From: Eledone cirrhosa
Taxonomy: Eukaryota
NCBI GenBank assembly: GCA_964016885.1
Contig: OZ024743.1
Coordinates: forward strand, 207,266,001 to 207,330,000
DNA length: 64,000 nt
Direction: 5' to 3'
The position numbers and the translations under genes are program-made. The notes under the pieces are model-generated. The model saw nothing but the letters and a program-made list of their open reading frames with translations, was not told the origin of the DNA and made no database searches. Below are positions 15,001 through 30,350 of the stretch, in pieces. Within the stretch, counting starts at the first letter, position 1; each line of letters begins with the position of its first letter.

Positions 15001-18000
15001 TAATCTACCACCCTGATCTATGTAAAGTATATTGTCCTACACTCTACCAGTACTACTAAACTACCACCCTGATCTATGTAAAGTATATTGTCCTACATTC
15101 TACCAGTACTACTAATCTACCACTCTGATCTATACAAAGTTGTATTGTCCTACACTCTACCAGTATTACTAATCTCCCACCCTGATGTATACAAAGTATA
15201 TTGTCCTACACTCTACCAGTGCTACTAATCTACCACCCTGATCTATGTAAAATATATTGTCCTACACTCTACCAGTACTACTAAACTACCACCCTGATCT
15301 ATTTAAAGTATATTGTCCTACACTCTACCAGTACTACTAATCTACCACCCTGATTTATGTAAAGTATATTGTCCTACACTCTACCAGTACTACTAATCTA
15401 CCACCTTGATCTATGTAAAGTATATTGTCCTACACTCTACCAGTACTACTAATCTTCCACCCTGATCTATGTAAAGTATATTGTCCTACACTCTACCAGT
15501 ACTACTAATCTCCCACCCTGATCTATGTAAAGTATATTGTCCTACACTCTACCAGTACTACTAAGCTACCACCCTGATCTATGTAAAGTATATTGTCCTA
15601 CACTCTACCAGTACTACTAATCTACCACCCTGATCTATGTAAAGTATATTGTCCTACACTCTACCAGTACTACTAATCTACCACCCTGATCTATGTAAAG
15701 TATATTGTCCTACACTCTACCAAGTACTACTAATCTACCACCCTGATCTATGTAAAGTATATTGTCCTAAACTCTACCAGTACTACTAAACTACCACCCT
15801 GATCTATGTAAAGTATATTCTCCTACACTCTACCAGTACTACTAATCTACCACCCTGATCTATGTAAAGTATATTGTCCTACACTCTACCAGTGCTACTA
15901 ATCTACCAGCTTGATCTATGTAAAGTATATTCTCCTACACTCTACCAGTGCTACTAAACTACCACCTTGATATATGTAAAGTATATTGCCCTACACTCTA
16001 CCAGTACTACTAATCTACCACCTTGATCTATGTAAAGTATATTGTCCTACATTCTACCAGTACTACTAATCTACCACTCTGATCTATACAAAGTTGTATT
16101 GTCCTACACTCTACCAGTATTACTAATCTCCCACCCTGATGTATACAAAGTATATTGTCCTACACTCTACCAGTGCTACTAATCTACCACCCTGATCTAT
16201 GTAAAATATATTGTCCTACACTCTACCAGTACTACTAAACTACCACCCTGATCTATTTAAAGTATATTGTCCTACACTCTACCAGTACTACTAATCTACC
16301 ACCCTGATTTATGTAAAGTATATTGTCCTACACTCTACCAGTACTACTAATCTACCACCTTGATCTATGTAAAGTATATTGTCCTACATTCTACCAGTAC
16401 TACTAATCTACCACTCTGATCTATACAAAGTTGTATTGTCCTACACTCTACCAGTATTACTAATCTCCCACCCTGATGTATACAAAGTATATTGTCCTAC
16501 ACTCTACCAGTGCTACTAATCTACCACCCTGATCTATGTAAAATATATTGTCCTACACTCTACCAGTACTACTAAACTACCACCCTGATCTATTTAAAGT
16601 ATATTGTCCTACACTCTACCAGTACTACTAATCTACCACCCTGATTTATGTAAAGTATATTGTCCTACACTCTACCAGTACTACTAATCTACCACCTTGA
16701 TCTATGTAAAGTATATTGTCCTACACTCTACCAGTACTACTAATCTTCCACCCTGATCTATGTAAAGTATATTGTCCTACACTCTACCAGTACTACTAAT
16801 CTCCCACCCTGATCTATGTAAAGTATATTGTCCTACACTCTACCAGTACTACTAAGCTACCACCCTGATCTATGTAAAGTATATTGTCCTACACTCTACC
16901 AGTACTACTAATCTACCACCCTGATCTATGTAAAGTATATTGTCCTACACTCTACCAGTACTACTAATCTACCACCCTGATCTATGTAAAGTATATTGTC
17001 CTACACTCTACCAAGTACTACTAATCTACCACCCTGATCTATGTAAAGTATATTGTCCTAAACTCTACCAGTACTACTAAACTACCACCCTGATCTATGT
17101 AAAGTATATTCTCCTACACTCTACCAGTACTACTAATCTACCACCTTGATCTATGTAAAGTATATTGTCCTACATTCTACCAGTACTACTAATCTACCAC
17201 TCTGATCTATACAAAGTTGTATTGTCCTACACTCTACCAGTATTACTAATCTCCCACCCTGATGTATACAAAGTATATTGTCCTACACTCTACCAGTGCT
17301 ACTAATCTACCACCCTGATCTATGTAAAATATATTGTCCTACACTCTACCAGTACTACTAATCTACCACCCTGATCTATTTAAAGTATATTGTCCTACAC
17401 TCTACCAGTACTACTAATCTACCACCCTGATTTATGTAAAGTATATTGTCCTACACTCTACCAGTACTACTAATCTACCACCTTGATCTATGTAAAGTAT
17501 ATTGTCCTACACTCTACCAGTACTACTAATCTTCCACCCTGATCTATGTAAAGTATATTGTCCTACACTCTACCAGTACTACTAATCTCCCACCCTGATC
17601 TATGTAAAGTATATTGTCCTACACTCTACCAGTACTACTAAGCTACCACCCTGATCTATGTAAAGTATATTGTCCTACACTCTACCAGTACTACTAATCT
17701 ACCACCCTGATCTATGTAAAGTATATTGTCCTACACTCTACCAGTACTACTAATCTACCACCCTGATCTATGTAAAGTATATTGTCCTACACTCTACCAA
17801 GTACTACTAATCTACCACCCTGATCTATGTAAAGTATATTGTCCTAAACTCTACCAGTACTACTAAACTACCACCCTGATCTATGTAAAGTATATTCTCC
17901 TACACTCTACCAGTACTACTAATCTACCACCCTGATCTATGTAAAGTATATTGTCCTACACTCTACCAGTGCTACTAATCTACCAGCTTGATCTATGTAA

Positions 18001-21000
18001 AGTATATTCTCCTACACTCTACCAGTGCTACTAATCTACCAGCTTGATCTATGTAAAGTATATTCTCCTACACTCTACCAGTGCTACTAAACTACCACCT
18101 TGATATATGTAAAGTATATTGCCCTACACTCTACCAGTACTACTAATCTACCACCTTGATCTATGTAAAGTATATTGTCCTACATTCTACCAGTACTACT
18201 AATCTACCACTCTGATCTATACAAAGTTGTATTGTCCTACACTCTACCAGTATTACTAATCTCCCACCCTGATGTATACAAAGTATATTGTCCTACACTC
18301 TACCAGTGCTACTAATCTACCACCCTGATCTATGTAAAATATATTGTCCTACACTCTACCAGTACTACTAAACTACCACCCTGATCTATTTAAAGTATAT
18401 TGTCCTACACTCTACCAGTACTACTAATCTACCACCCTGATTTATGTAAAGTATATTGTCCTACACTCTACCAGTACTACTAATCTACCACCTTGATCTA
18501 TGTAAAGTATATTGTCCTACATTCTACCAGTACTACTAATCTACCACTCTGATCTATACAAAGTTGTATTGTCCTACACTCTACCAGTACTACTAAGCTA
18601 CCACCCTGATCTATGTAAAGTATATTGTCCTACACTCTACCAGTACTACTAATCTACCACCCTGATCTATGTAAAGTATATTGTCCTACACTCTACCAGT
18701 ACTACTAATCTACCACCCTGATCTATGTAAAGTATATTGTCCTACACTCTACCAAGTACTACTAATCTACCACCCTGATCTATGTAAAGTATATTGTCCT
18801 AAACTCTACCAGTACTACTAAACTACCACCCTGATCTATGTAAAGTATATTCTCCTACACTCTACCAGTACTACTAATCTACCACCCTGATCTATGTAAA
18901 GTATATTGTCCTACACTCTACCAAGTACTACTAATCTACCACCCTGATCAATGTAAAGTATATTGTCCTACACTCTACCAGTACTACTAAACTACCACCC
19001 TGATCTATGTAAAGTATATTGTCCTACACTCTACCAGTACTACTAATCTACCACCCTGATCTATGTAAAGTATATTGTCCTACACTCTACCAAGTACTAC
19101 TAATCTACCACGCTGATCTATGTAAAGTATATTGTCCTAAACTCTACCAGTACTACTAAACTACCACCCTGATCTATGTAAAGTATATTCTCCTACACTC
19201 TACCAGTACTACTAATCTACCACCCTGATCTATGTAAAGTATATTGTCCTACACTCTACCAAGTACTACTAATCTACCACCCTGATCTATGTAAAGTATA
19301 TTGTCCTAAACTCTACCAGTACTACTAAACTACCACCCTGATCTATGTAAAGTATATTCTCCTACACTCTACCAGTACTACTAATCTACCACCCTGATCT
19401 ATGTAAAGTATATTGTCCTACACTCTACCAGTACTACTAATCTACCACCCTGATCTATGTAAAGTATATTGTCCTACACTCTACCAGTGCTACTAATCTT
19501 CCACCTTGATATATGTAAAGTATATTGTCCTAAACTCTACCAGTACTACTAATCTACTACCCTGATCTATGTAAAGCATATTGTCCTACACTCGACCAGT
19601 ACTACTTATCTCCCAACTTGATCTATGTAAAGTATCTTGTCCTACACTCTACCAGTACTACTAATCTACCACCCTGATCTATGTAAAGTATATTGTCCTA
19701 CACTCTACCAGTGCTACTAATCTACCACCTTGATCTATGTAAAGTATATTGTCCTACACTCTACCAGTGCTACTAATCTACCACCTTGATCTACGTAAAG
19801 TATATTCTCCTACACTCTACCAGTGCTACTAATCTACCACCTTGATATATGTAACGTATATTGCCCTACACTCTACCAGTACTACTAATCTACCACCTTG
19901 ATCTATGTAAAGTATATTGTCCTACATTCTACCAGTACTACTAATCTACCACCCTGATCTATACAAAGTTGTATTGTCCTACACTCTACCAGTGCTACTA
20001 ATCTACCAGCTTGATCTATGTAAAGTATATTCTCCTACACTCTACCAGTGCTACTAAACTACCACCTTGATATATGTAAAGTATATTGCCCTACACTCTA
20101 CCAGTACTACTAATCTACCACCTTGATCTATGTAAAGTATATTGTCCTACATTCTACCAGTACTACTAATCTACCACTCTGATCTATACAAAGTTGTATT
20201 GTCCTACACTCTACCAGTATTACTAATCTCCCACCCTGATGTATACAAAGTATATTGTCCTACACTCTACCAGTGCTACTAATCTACCACCCTGATCTAT
20301 GTAAAATATATTGTCCTACACTCTACCAGTACTACTAAACTACCACCCTGATCTATTTAAAGTATATTGTCCTACACTCTACCAGTACTACTAATCTACC
20401 ACCCTGATTTATGTAAAGTATATTGTCCTACACTCTACCAGTACTACTAATCTACCACCTTGATCTATGTAAAGTATATTGTCCTACACTCTACCAGTAC
20501 TACTAATCTTCCACCCTGATCTATGTAAAGTATATTGTCCTACACTCTACCAGTACTACTAATCTCCCACCCTGATCTATGTAAAGTATATTGTCCTACA
20601 CTCTACCAGTACTACTAAGCTACCACCCTGATCTATGTAAAGTATATTGTCCTACACTCTACCAGTACTACTAATCTACCACCCTGATCTATGTAAAGTA
20701 TATTGTCCTACACTCTACCAGTACTACGAATCTACCACCATGATCTATGTAAAGTATATTGTCCTAAACTCTACCAGTACTACTAATCTACCACCCTGAT
20801 CTATTTAAAGTATATTGTCCTACACTCTACCAGTACTACTAATCTCCCACCCTCATCTATATAAAATATATTGTCCTAAACTCTACTAGTACTACTAATC
20901 TACCACCTTAATCTATTTAAAGTATCTTGTCCTACACTCTACCAGTACTACTAATCTCCCACCCTGATCTATGTAAAGTATATTGTCCCACACTCTACCA

Positions 21001-24000
21001 GTACTACTAATCTACCACCCTGATCTATGTAAAGTATATTGTCCTACACTCTACCAGTACTACTAATCTACCACCCTGATCTATGTAAAGTATATTGTCC
21101 TACACTCTACCAAGTACTACTAATCTACCACCCTGATCTATGTAAAGTATATTGTCCTAAACTCTACCAGTACTACTAAACTACCACCCTGATCTATGTA
21201 AAGTATATTCTCCTACACTCTACCAGTACTACTAATCTACCACCCTGATCTATGTAAAGTATATTGTCCTACACTCTACCAAGTACTACTAATCTACCAC
21301 CCTGATCTATGTAAAGTATATTGTCCTAAACTCTACCAGTACTACTAAACTACCACCCTGATCTATGTAAAGTATATTCTCCTACACTCTACCAGTACTA
21401 CTAATCTACCACCCTGATCTATGTAAAGTATATTGTCCTACACTCTACCAGTACTACTAATCTACCACCCTGATCTATGTAAAGTATATTGTCCTACACT
21501 CTACCAGTGCTACTAATCTTCCACCTTGATCTATGTAAAGTATATTGTCCTAAACTCTACCAGTACTACTAATCTACTACCCTGATCTATGTAAAGCATA
21601 TTGTCCTACACTCGACCAGTACTACTAATCTCCCAACTTGATCTATGTAAAGTATCTTGTCCTACACTCTACCAGTACTACTAATCTACCACCCTGATCT
21701 ATGTAAAGTATATTGTCCTACACTCTACCAGTGCTACTAATCTACCACCTTGATCTATGTAAAGTATATTGTCCTACACTCTACCAGTGCTACTAATCTA
21801 CCACCTTGATCTACGTAAAGTATATTCTCCTACACTCTACCAGTGCTACTAATCTACCACCTTGATATATGTAACGTATATTGCCCTACACTCTACCAGT
21901 ACTACTAATCTACCACCTTGATCTATGTAAAGTATATTGTCCTACATTCTACCAGTACTACTAATCTACCACCCTGATCTATACAAAGTTGTATTGTCCT
22001 ACACTCTACCAGTATTACTAATCTCCCACCCTGATCTATGTAAAGTATATTGTCCCAAACTCTACCCGTACTACTAAACTACCACCCTGATCTATGAAAA
22101 GTATATTGTCCTACACTCTACCAGTACTACTGATCTACCACCCTGATCTATGTAAAGTATATTGTCCTAAACTCTACCAGTACTACTAATCTACTACCCT
22201 GATCTATGTAAAGCATATTGTCCTACACTCGACCAGTACTACTAATCTCCCAACTTGATCTATGTAAAGTATCTTGTCCTACACTCTACCAGTACTACTA
22301 ATCTACCACCCTGATCTATGTAAAGTATATTGTCCTACACTCTACCAGTACTACTAATCTCCCACCCTGATCTATGTAAAGTATATTGTCCTACACTCTA
22401 TCAGTACTACTAATCTACCACCCTGATCTATGTAAAGTATCTTGTCCTACACTCTACCAGTACTACCAATCTACCACCCTGATCTATGTAAAGTATATTG
22501 TCCTACACTCTACCAGTACTACCAATCTACCACCCTGATCTATGTAAAGTATATTGTCCTAAACTCTACCAGTAATACTAATCTACCACCCTGATCTATG
22601 TAAAGTATATTGTCCTACACTCTACCAGTACTACTAATCTACCACCCTGATCTATGTAAAGTATATTGTCCTACACTCTACCAGTACTACTAATCTCCCA
22701 CCCTGATCTATGTAAAGTATATTGTCCTAAACTCTACCAGTACTACTAATCTCCACCCTGCTCTATGTAAAGTATATTGTCCTACACTCTACCAGTACTA
22801 CTAATCTACCACCCTGATCTATGTAAAGTATATTGTCCTACACTCGACCAGTACTACTAATCTACCACCCTGATCTATGTAAAGTATATTGTCCTACACT
22901 CAACCAGTACTACTAATCCCCCACCCTGATCTATTTAAAGTATATTGTCCTACACTCTACCAGAACTACTAATATACCAACCTGATCTATGTAAAGTATA
23001 TTGTCCTACACTCTACCAGTACTACTAATCTACCACCCTGATCTAATAAAGTATATTGTCCTACACTCTACCAGTGCTACTAATCTCTCACCCTCATCTA
23101 TGTAAAGTATATTGTCCTACACTCTACCAGTGCTACTAATCTACCACCTTGATCTATGTAAAGTATATTGTCCTACACTCTACCAGTACTACTAATCTAC
23201 CACCCTGATCTATGTAAAGTATATTGTCCTACACTCTACCAGTGCTACTAATCTACCAGCTTGATCTATGTAAAGTATATTCTCCTACACTCTACCAGTG
23301 CTACTAAACTACCACCTTGATATATGTAAAGTATATTGCCCTACACTCTACCAGTACTACTAATCTACCACCTTGATCTATGTAAAGTATATTGTCCTAC
23401 ATTCTACCAGTACTACTAATCTACCACTCTGATCTATACAAAGTTGTATTGTCCTACACTCTACCAGTATTACTAATCTCCCACCCTGATGTATACAAAG
23501 TATATTGTCCTACACTCTACCAGTGCTACTAATCTACCACCCTGATCTATGTAAAATATATTGTCCTACACTCTACCAGTACTACTAATCTACCACCCTG
23601 ATCTATGTAAAGTATATTGTCCTACACTCTACCAGTACTACTAATCTACCACCCTGATCTATGTAAAATATATTGTCCTACATTCTACCAGTACTGCTAA
23701 TCTCCTACCCTGATCTATACAAAGTATATTGTCCTACACTCTACCAGTGCTACTAATCTACCACACTGATCTATGTAAAGTATATTGTCCTACACTCTAC
23801 CAGTACTACTAATCTACCACCCTGATCTATGCAAAGTATATTGTCCTACACTCTACCAGTATTACTAATCTCCCACCCTGATCTATGTAAAGTATATTGT
23901 CCTAAACTCTACCAGTACTACTAAACTACCACCCTGATCTATGTAAAGTATATTGTCCTACACTCTACCAGTACTACTAATCTACCACCCTGATTTATGT

Positions 24001-27000
24001 AAAGTATATTGTCCTACACTCTACCAGTACTACTAATCTACCACCTTGATCTATGTAAAGTATATTGTCCTACACTCTACCAGTACTACTAATCTTCCAC
24101 CCTGATCTATGTAAAGTATATTGTCCTACACTCTACCAGTACTACTAATCTCCCACCCTGATCTATGTAAAGTATATTGTCCTACACTCTACCAGTACTA
24201 CTAAGCTACCACCCTGATCTATGTAAAGTATATTGTCCTACACTCTACCAGTACTACTAATCTACCACCCTGATCTATGTAAAGTATATTGTCCTACACT
24301 CTACCAGTACTACGAATCTACCACCATGATCTATGTAAAGTATATTGTCCTAAACTCTACCAGTACTACTAATCTACCACCCTGATCTATTTAAAGTATA
24401 TTGTCCTACACTCTACCAGTACTACTAATCTCCCACCCTCATCTATATAAAATATATTGTCCTAAACTCTACTAGTACTACTAATCTACCACCTTAATCT
24501 ATTTAAAGTATCTTGTCCTACACTCTACCAGTACTACTAATCTCCCACCCTGATCTATGTAAAGTATATTGTCCTACACTCTACCAGTACTACTAATCTC
24601 CCACCCTCATCTATATAAAATATATTGTCCTAAACTCTACTAGTACTACTAATCTACCACCTTAATCTATTTAAAGTATCTTGTCCTACACTCTACCAGT
24701 ACTACTAATCTCCCACCCTGATCTATGTAAAGTATATTGTCCTACACTCTACCAGTACTACTAATCTACCACCCTGATCTATGTAAAGTATATTGTCCTA
24801 CACTCTACCAGTACTACTAATCTACCACCCTGATCTATGTAAAGTATATTGTCCTACACTCTACCAAGTACTACTAATCTACCACCCTGATCTATGTAAA
24901 GTATATTGTCCTAAACTCTACCAGTACTACTAAACTACCACCCTGATCTATGTAAAGTATATTCTCCTACACTCTACCAGTACTACTAATCTACCACCCT
25001 GATCTATGTAAAGTATATTGTCCTACACTCTACCAAGTACTACTAATCTACCACCCTGATCTATGTAAAGTATATTGTCCTAAACTCTACCAGTACTACT
25101 AAACTACCACCCTGATCTATGTAAAGTATATTCTCCTACACTCTACCAGTACTACTAATCTACCACCCTGATCTACGTAAAGTATATTGTCCTACACTCT
25201 ACCAGTACTACTAATCTACCACCCTGATCTATGTAAAGTATATTGTCCTACACTCTACCAGTGCTACTAATCTTCCACCTTGATCTATGTAAAGTATATT
25301 GTCCTAAACTCTACCAGTACTACTAATCTACTACCCTGATCTATGTAAAGCATATTGTCCTACACTCGACCAGTACTACTAATCTCCCAACTTGATCTAT
25401 GTAAAGTATCTTGTCCTACACTCTACCAGTACTACTAATCTACCACCCTGATCTATGTAAAGTATATTGTCCTACACTCTACCAGTGCTACTAATCTACC
25501 ACCTTGATCTATGTAAAGTATATTGTCCTACACTCTACCAGTGCTACTAATCTACCACCTTGATCTACGTAAAGTATATTCTCCTACACTCTACCAGTGC
25601 TACTAATCTACCACCTTGATATATGTAACGTATATTGCCCTACACTCTACCAGTACTACTAATCTACCACCTTGATCTATGTAAAGTATATTGTCCTACA
25701 TTCTACCAGTACTACTAATCTACCACCCTGATCTATACAAAGTTGTATTGTCCTACACTCTACCAGTGCTACTAATCTACCAGCTTGATCTATGTAAAGT
25801 ATATTCTCCTACACTCTACCAGTGCTACTAAACTACCATCTTGATATATGTAAAGTATATTGCCCTACACTCTACCAGTACTACTAATCTACCACCTTGA
25901 TCTATGTAAAGTATATTGTCCTACATTCTACCAGTACTACTAATCTACCACTCTGATCTATACAAAGTTGTATTGTCCTACACTCTACCAGTATTACTAA
26001 TCTCCCACCCTGATGTATACAAAGTATATTGTCCTACACTCTACCAGTACTACTAATCTACCACCCTGATCTATGTAAAATATATTGTCCTACACTCTAC
26101 CAGTACTACTAAACTACCACCCTGATCTATTTAAAGTATATTGTCCTACACTCTACCAGTACTACTAATCTACCACCCTGATTTATGTAAAGTATATTGT
26201 CCTACACTCTACCAGTACTACTAATCTACCACCTTGATCTATGTAAAGTATATTGTCCTACACTCTACCAGTACTACTAATCTTCCACCCTGATCTATGT
26301 AAAGTATATTGTCCTACACTCTACCAGTACTACTAATCTCCCACCCTGATCTATGTAAAGTATATTGTCCTACACTCTACCAGTACTACTAAGCTACCAC
26401 CCTGATCTATGTAAAGTATATTGTCCTACACTCTACCAGTACTACGAATCTACCACCATGATCTATGTAAAGTATATTGTCCTAAACTCTACCAGTACTA
26501 CTAATCTACCACCCTGATCTATTTAAAGTATATTGTCCTACACTCTACCAGTACTACTAATCTCCCACCCTCATCTATATAAAATATATTGTCCTAAACT
26601 CTACTAGTACTACTAATCTACCACCTTAATCTATTTAAAGTATCTTGTCCTACACTCTACCAGTACTACTAATCTCCCACCCTGATCTATGTAAAGTATA
26701 TTGTCCTACACTCTACCAGTACTACTAATCTACCACCCTGATCTATGTAAAGTATATTGTCCTACACTCTACCAGTACTACTAATCTACCACCCTGATCT
26801 ATGTAAAGTATATTGTCCTACACTCTACCAAGTACTACTAATCTACCACCCTGATCTATGTAAAGTATATTGTCCTAAACTCTACCAGTACTACTAAACT
26901 ACCACCCTGATCTATGTAAAGTATATTCTCCTACACTCTACCAGTACTACTAATCTACCACCCTGATCTATGTAAAGTATATTGTCCTACACTCTACCAA

Positions 27001-30000
27001 GTACTACTAATCTACCACCCTGATCTATGTAAAGTATATTGTCCTAAACTCTACCAGTACTACTAAACTACCACCCTGATCTATGTAAAGTATATTCTCC
27101 TACACTCTACCAGTACTACTAATCTACCACCCTGATCTATGTAAAGTATATTGTCCTACACTCTACCAGTACTACTAATCTACCACCCTGATCTATGTAA
27201 AGTATATTGTCCTACACTCTACCAGTGCTACTAATCTTCCACCTTGATCTATGTAAAGTATATTGTCCTAAACTCTACCAGTACTACTAATCTACTACCC
27301 TGATCTATGTAAAGCATATTGTCCTACACTCGACCAGTACTACTAATCTCCCAACTTGATCTATGTAAAGTATCTTGTCCTACACTCTACCAGTACTACT
27401 AATCTACCACCCTGATCTATGTAAAGTATATTGTCCTACACTCTACCAGTGCTACTAATTTACCACCTTGATCTACGTAAAGTATATTCTCCTACACTCT
27501 ACCAGTGCTACTAATCTACCACCTTGATATATGTAACGTATATTGCCCTACACTCTACCAGTACTACTAATCTACCACCTTGATCTATGTAAAGTATATT
27601 GTCCTACATTCTACCAGTACTACTAATCTACCACCCTGATCTATACAAAGTTGTATTGTCCTACACTCTACCAGTATTACTAATCTCCCACCCTGATCTA
27701 TGTAAAGTATATTGTCCCAAACTCTACCCGTACTACTAAACTACCACCCTGATCTATGAAAAGTATATTGTCCTACACTCTACCAGTACTACTGATCTAC
27801 CACCCTGATCTATGTAAAGTATATTGTCCTAAACTCTACCAGTACTACTAATCTACTACCCTGATCTATGTAAAGCATATTGTCCTACACTCGACCAGTA
27901 CTACTAATCTCCCAACTTGATCTATGTAAAGTATCTTGTCCTACACTCTACCAGTACTACTAATCTACCACCCTGATCTATGTAAAGTATATTGTCCTAC
28001 ACTCTACCAGTACTACTAATCTCCCACCCTGATCTATGTAAAGTATATTGTCCTACACTCTATCAGTACTACTAATCTACCACCCTGATCTATGTAAAGT
28101 ATCTTGTCCTACACTCTACCAGTACTACCAATCTACCACCCTGATCTATGTAAAGTATATTGTCCTACACTCTACCAGTACTACCAATCTACCACCCTGA
28201 TCTATGTAAAGTATATTGTCCTAAACTCTACCAGTAATACTAATCTACCACCCTGATCTATGTAAAGCATATTGTCCTACACTCTACCAGTACTACTAAT
28301 CTACCACCCTGATCTATGTAAAGTATATTGTCCTACACTCTACCAGTACTACTAATCTCCCACCCTGATCTATGTAAAGTATATTGTCCTAAACTCTACC
28401 AGTACTACTAATCTCCACCCTGCTCTATGTAAAGTATATTGTCCTACACTCTACCAGTACTACTAATCTACCACCCTGATCTATGTAAAGTATATTGTCC
28501 TACACTCGACCAGTACTACTAATCTACCACCCTGATCTATGTAAAGTATATTGTCCTACACTCAACCAGTACTACTAATCCCCCACCCTGATCTATTTAA
28601 AGTATATTGTCCTACACTCTACCAGAACTACTAATATACCAACCTGATCTATGTAAAGTATATTGTCCTACACTCTAACAGTACTACTAATCTACCACCC
28701 TGATCTAATAAAGTATATTGTCCTACACTCTACCAGTGCTACTAATCTCTCACCCTCATCTATGTAAAGTATATTGTCCTACACTCTACCAGTGCTACTA
28801 ATCTACCACCTTGATCTATGTAAAGTATATTGTCCTACACTCTACCAGTACTACTAATCTACCACCCTGATCTATGTAAAGTATATTGTCCTACACTCTA
28901 CCAGTGCTACTAATCTACCAGCTTGATCTATGTAAAGTATATTCTCCTACACTCTACCAGTGCTACTAAACTACCACCTTGATATATGTAAAGTATATTG
29001 CCCTACATTCTACCAGTACTACTAATCTACCACTCTGATCTATACAAAGTTGTATTGTCCTACACTCTACCAGTATTACTAATCTCCCACCCTGATGTAT
29101 ACAAAGTATATTGTCCTACACTCTACCAGTGCTACTAATCTACCACCCTGATCTATGTAAAATATATTGTCCTACACTCTACCAGTACTACTAATCTACC
29201 ACCCTGATCTATGTAAAGTATATTGTCCTACACTCTACCAGTACTACTAATCTACCACCCTGATCTATGTAAAATATATTGTCCTACATTCTACCAGTAC
29301 TGCTAATCTCCTACCCTGATCTATACAAAGTATATTGTCCTACACTCTACCAGTGCTACTAATCTACCACACTGATCTATGTAAAGTATATTGTCCTACA
29401 CTCTACCAGTACTACTAATCTACCACCCTGATCTATGCAAAGTATATTGTCCTACACTCTACCAGTATTACTAATCTCCCACCCTGATCTATGTAAAGTA
29501 TATTGTCCTAAACTCTACCAGTACTACTAAACTACCACCCTGATCTATGTAAAGTATATTGTCCTACACTCTACCAGTACTACTAATCTACCACCCTGAT
29601 TTATGTAAAGTATATTGTCCTACACTCTACCAGTACTACTAATCTACCACCTTGATCTATGTAAAGTATATTGTCCTACACTCTACCAGTACTACTAATC
29701 TTCCACCCTGATCTATGTAAAGTATATTGTCCTACACTCTACCAGTACTACTAATCTCCCACCCTGATCTATGTAAAGTATATTGTCCTACACTCTACCA
29801 GTACTACTAAGCTACCACCCTGATCTATGTAAAGTATATTGTCCTACACTCTACCAGTACTACTAATCTACCACCCTGATCTATGTAAAGTATATTGTCC
29901 TACACTCTACCAGTACTACGAATCTACCACCATGATCTATGTAAAGTATATTGTCCTAAACTCTACCAGTACTACTAATCTACCACCCTGATCTATTTAA

Positions 30001-30350
30001 AGTATATTGTCCTACACTCTACCAGTACTACTAATCTCCCACCCTCATCTATATAAAATATATTGTCCTAAACTCTACTAGTACTACTAATCTACCACCT
30101 TAATCTATTTAAAGTATCTCGTCCTACACTCTACCAGTACTACTAATCTCCCACCCTGATCTATGTAAAGTATATTGTCCTACACTCTACCAGTACTACT
30201 AATCTACCACCCTGATCTATGTAAAGTATATTGTCCTACACTCTACCAGTACTACTAATCTACCACCCTGATCTATGTAAAGTATATTGTCCTACACTCT
30301 ACCAAGTACTACTAATCTACCACCCTGATCTATGTAAAGTATATTGTCCT
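1..30350. repeat. Satellite domain A (left), carrying +1 insertion variants and a ~17-monomer higher-order repeat
   Basis: The 57-bp variants ...TACAAAGTTGTATT... (~1048 to ~29045) and ...TACCAAGTACT... (~1966 to ~30303) recur many times here and were not seen further right. Variant order is stereotyped. TAAGCT marker spacing is 954 bp (17x56+2) at 9725->10679 and 13709->14663. Confidence 0.85.
19950..30350. repeat. ~5.66-kb period duplication within domain A
   Basis: CACTCTATCAG occurs at 22394/28056 (offset 5662). The rare variants CCCAAACTCTACCCG (~22054/~27716), TACTGCTAATCTCCTA (~23692/~29298) and TATGCAAAG (~23828/~29434) are each duplicated. The offset shifts by whole monomers along the block, and the boundaries are approximate. 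Confidence 0.8.
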
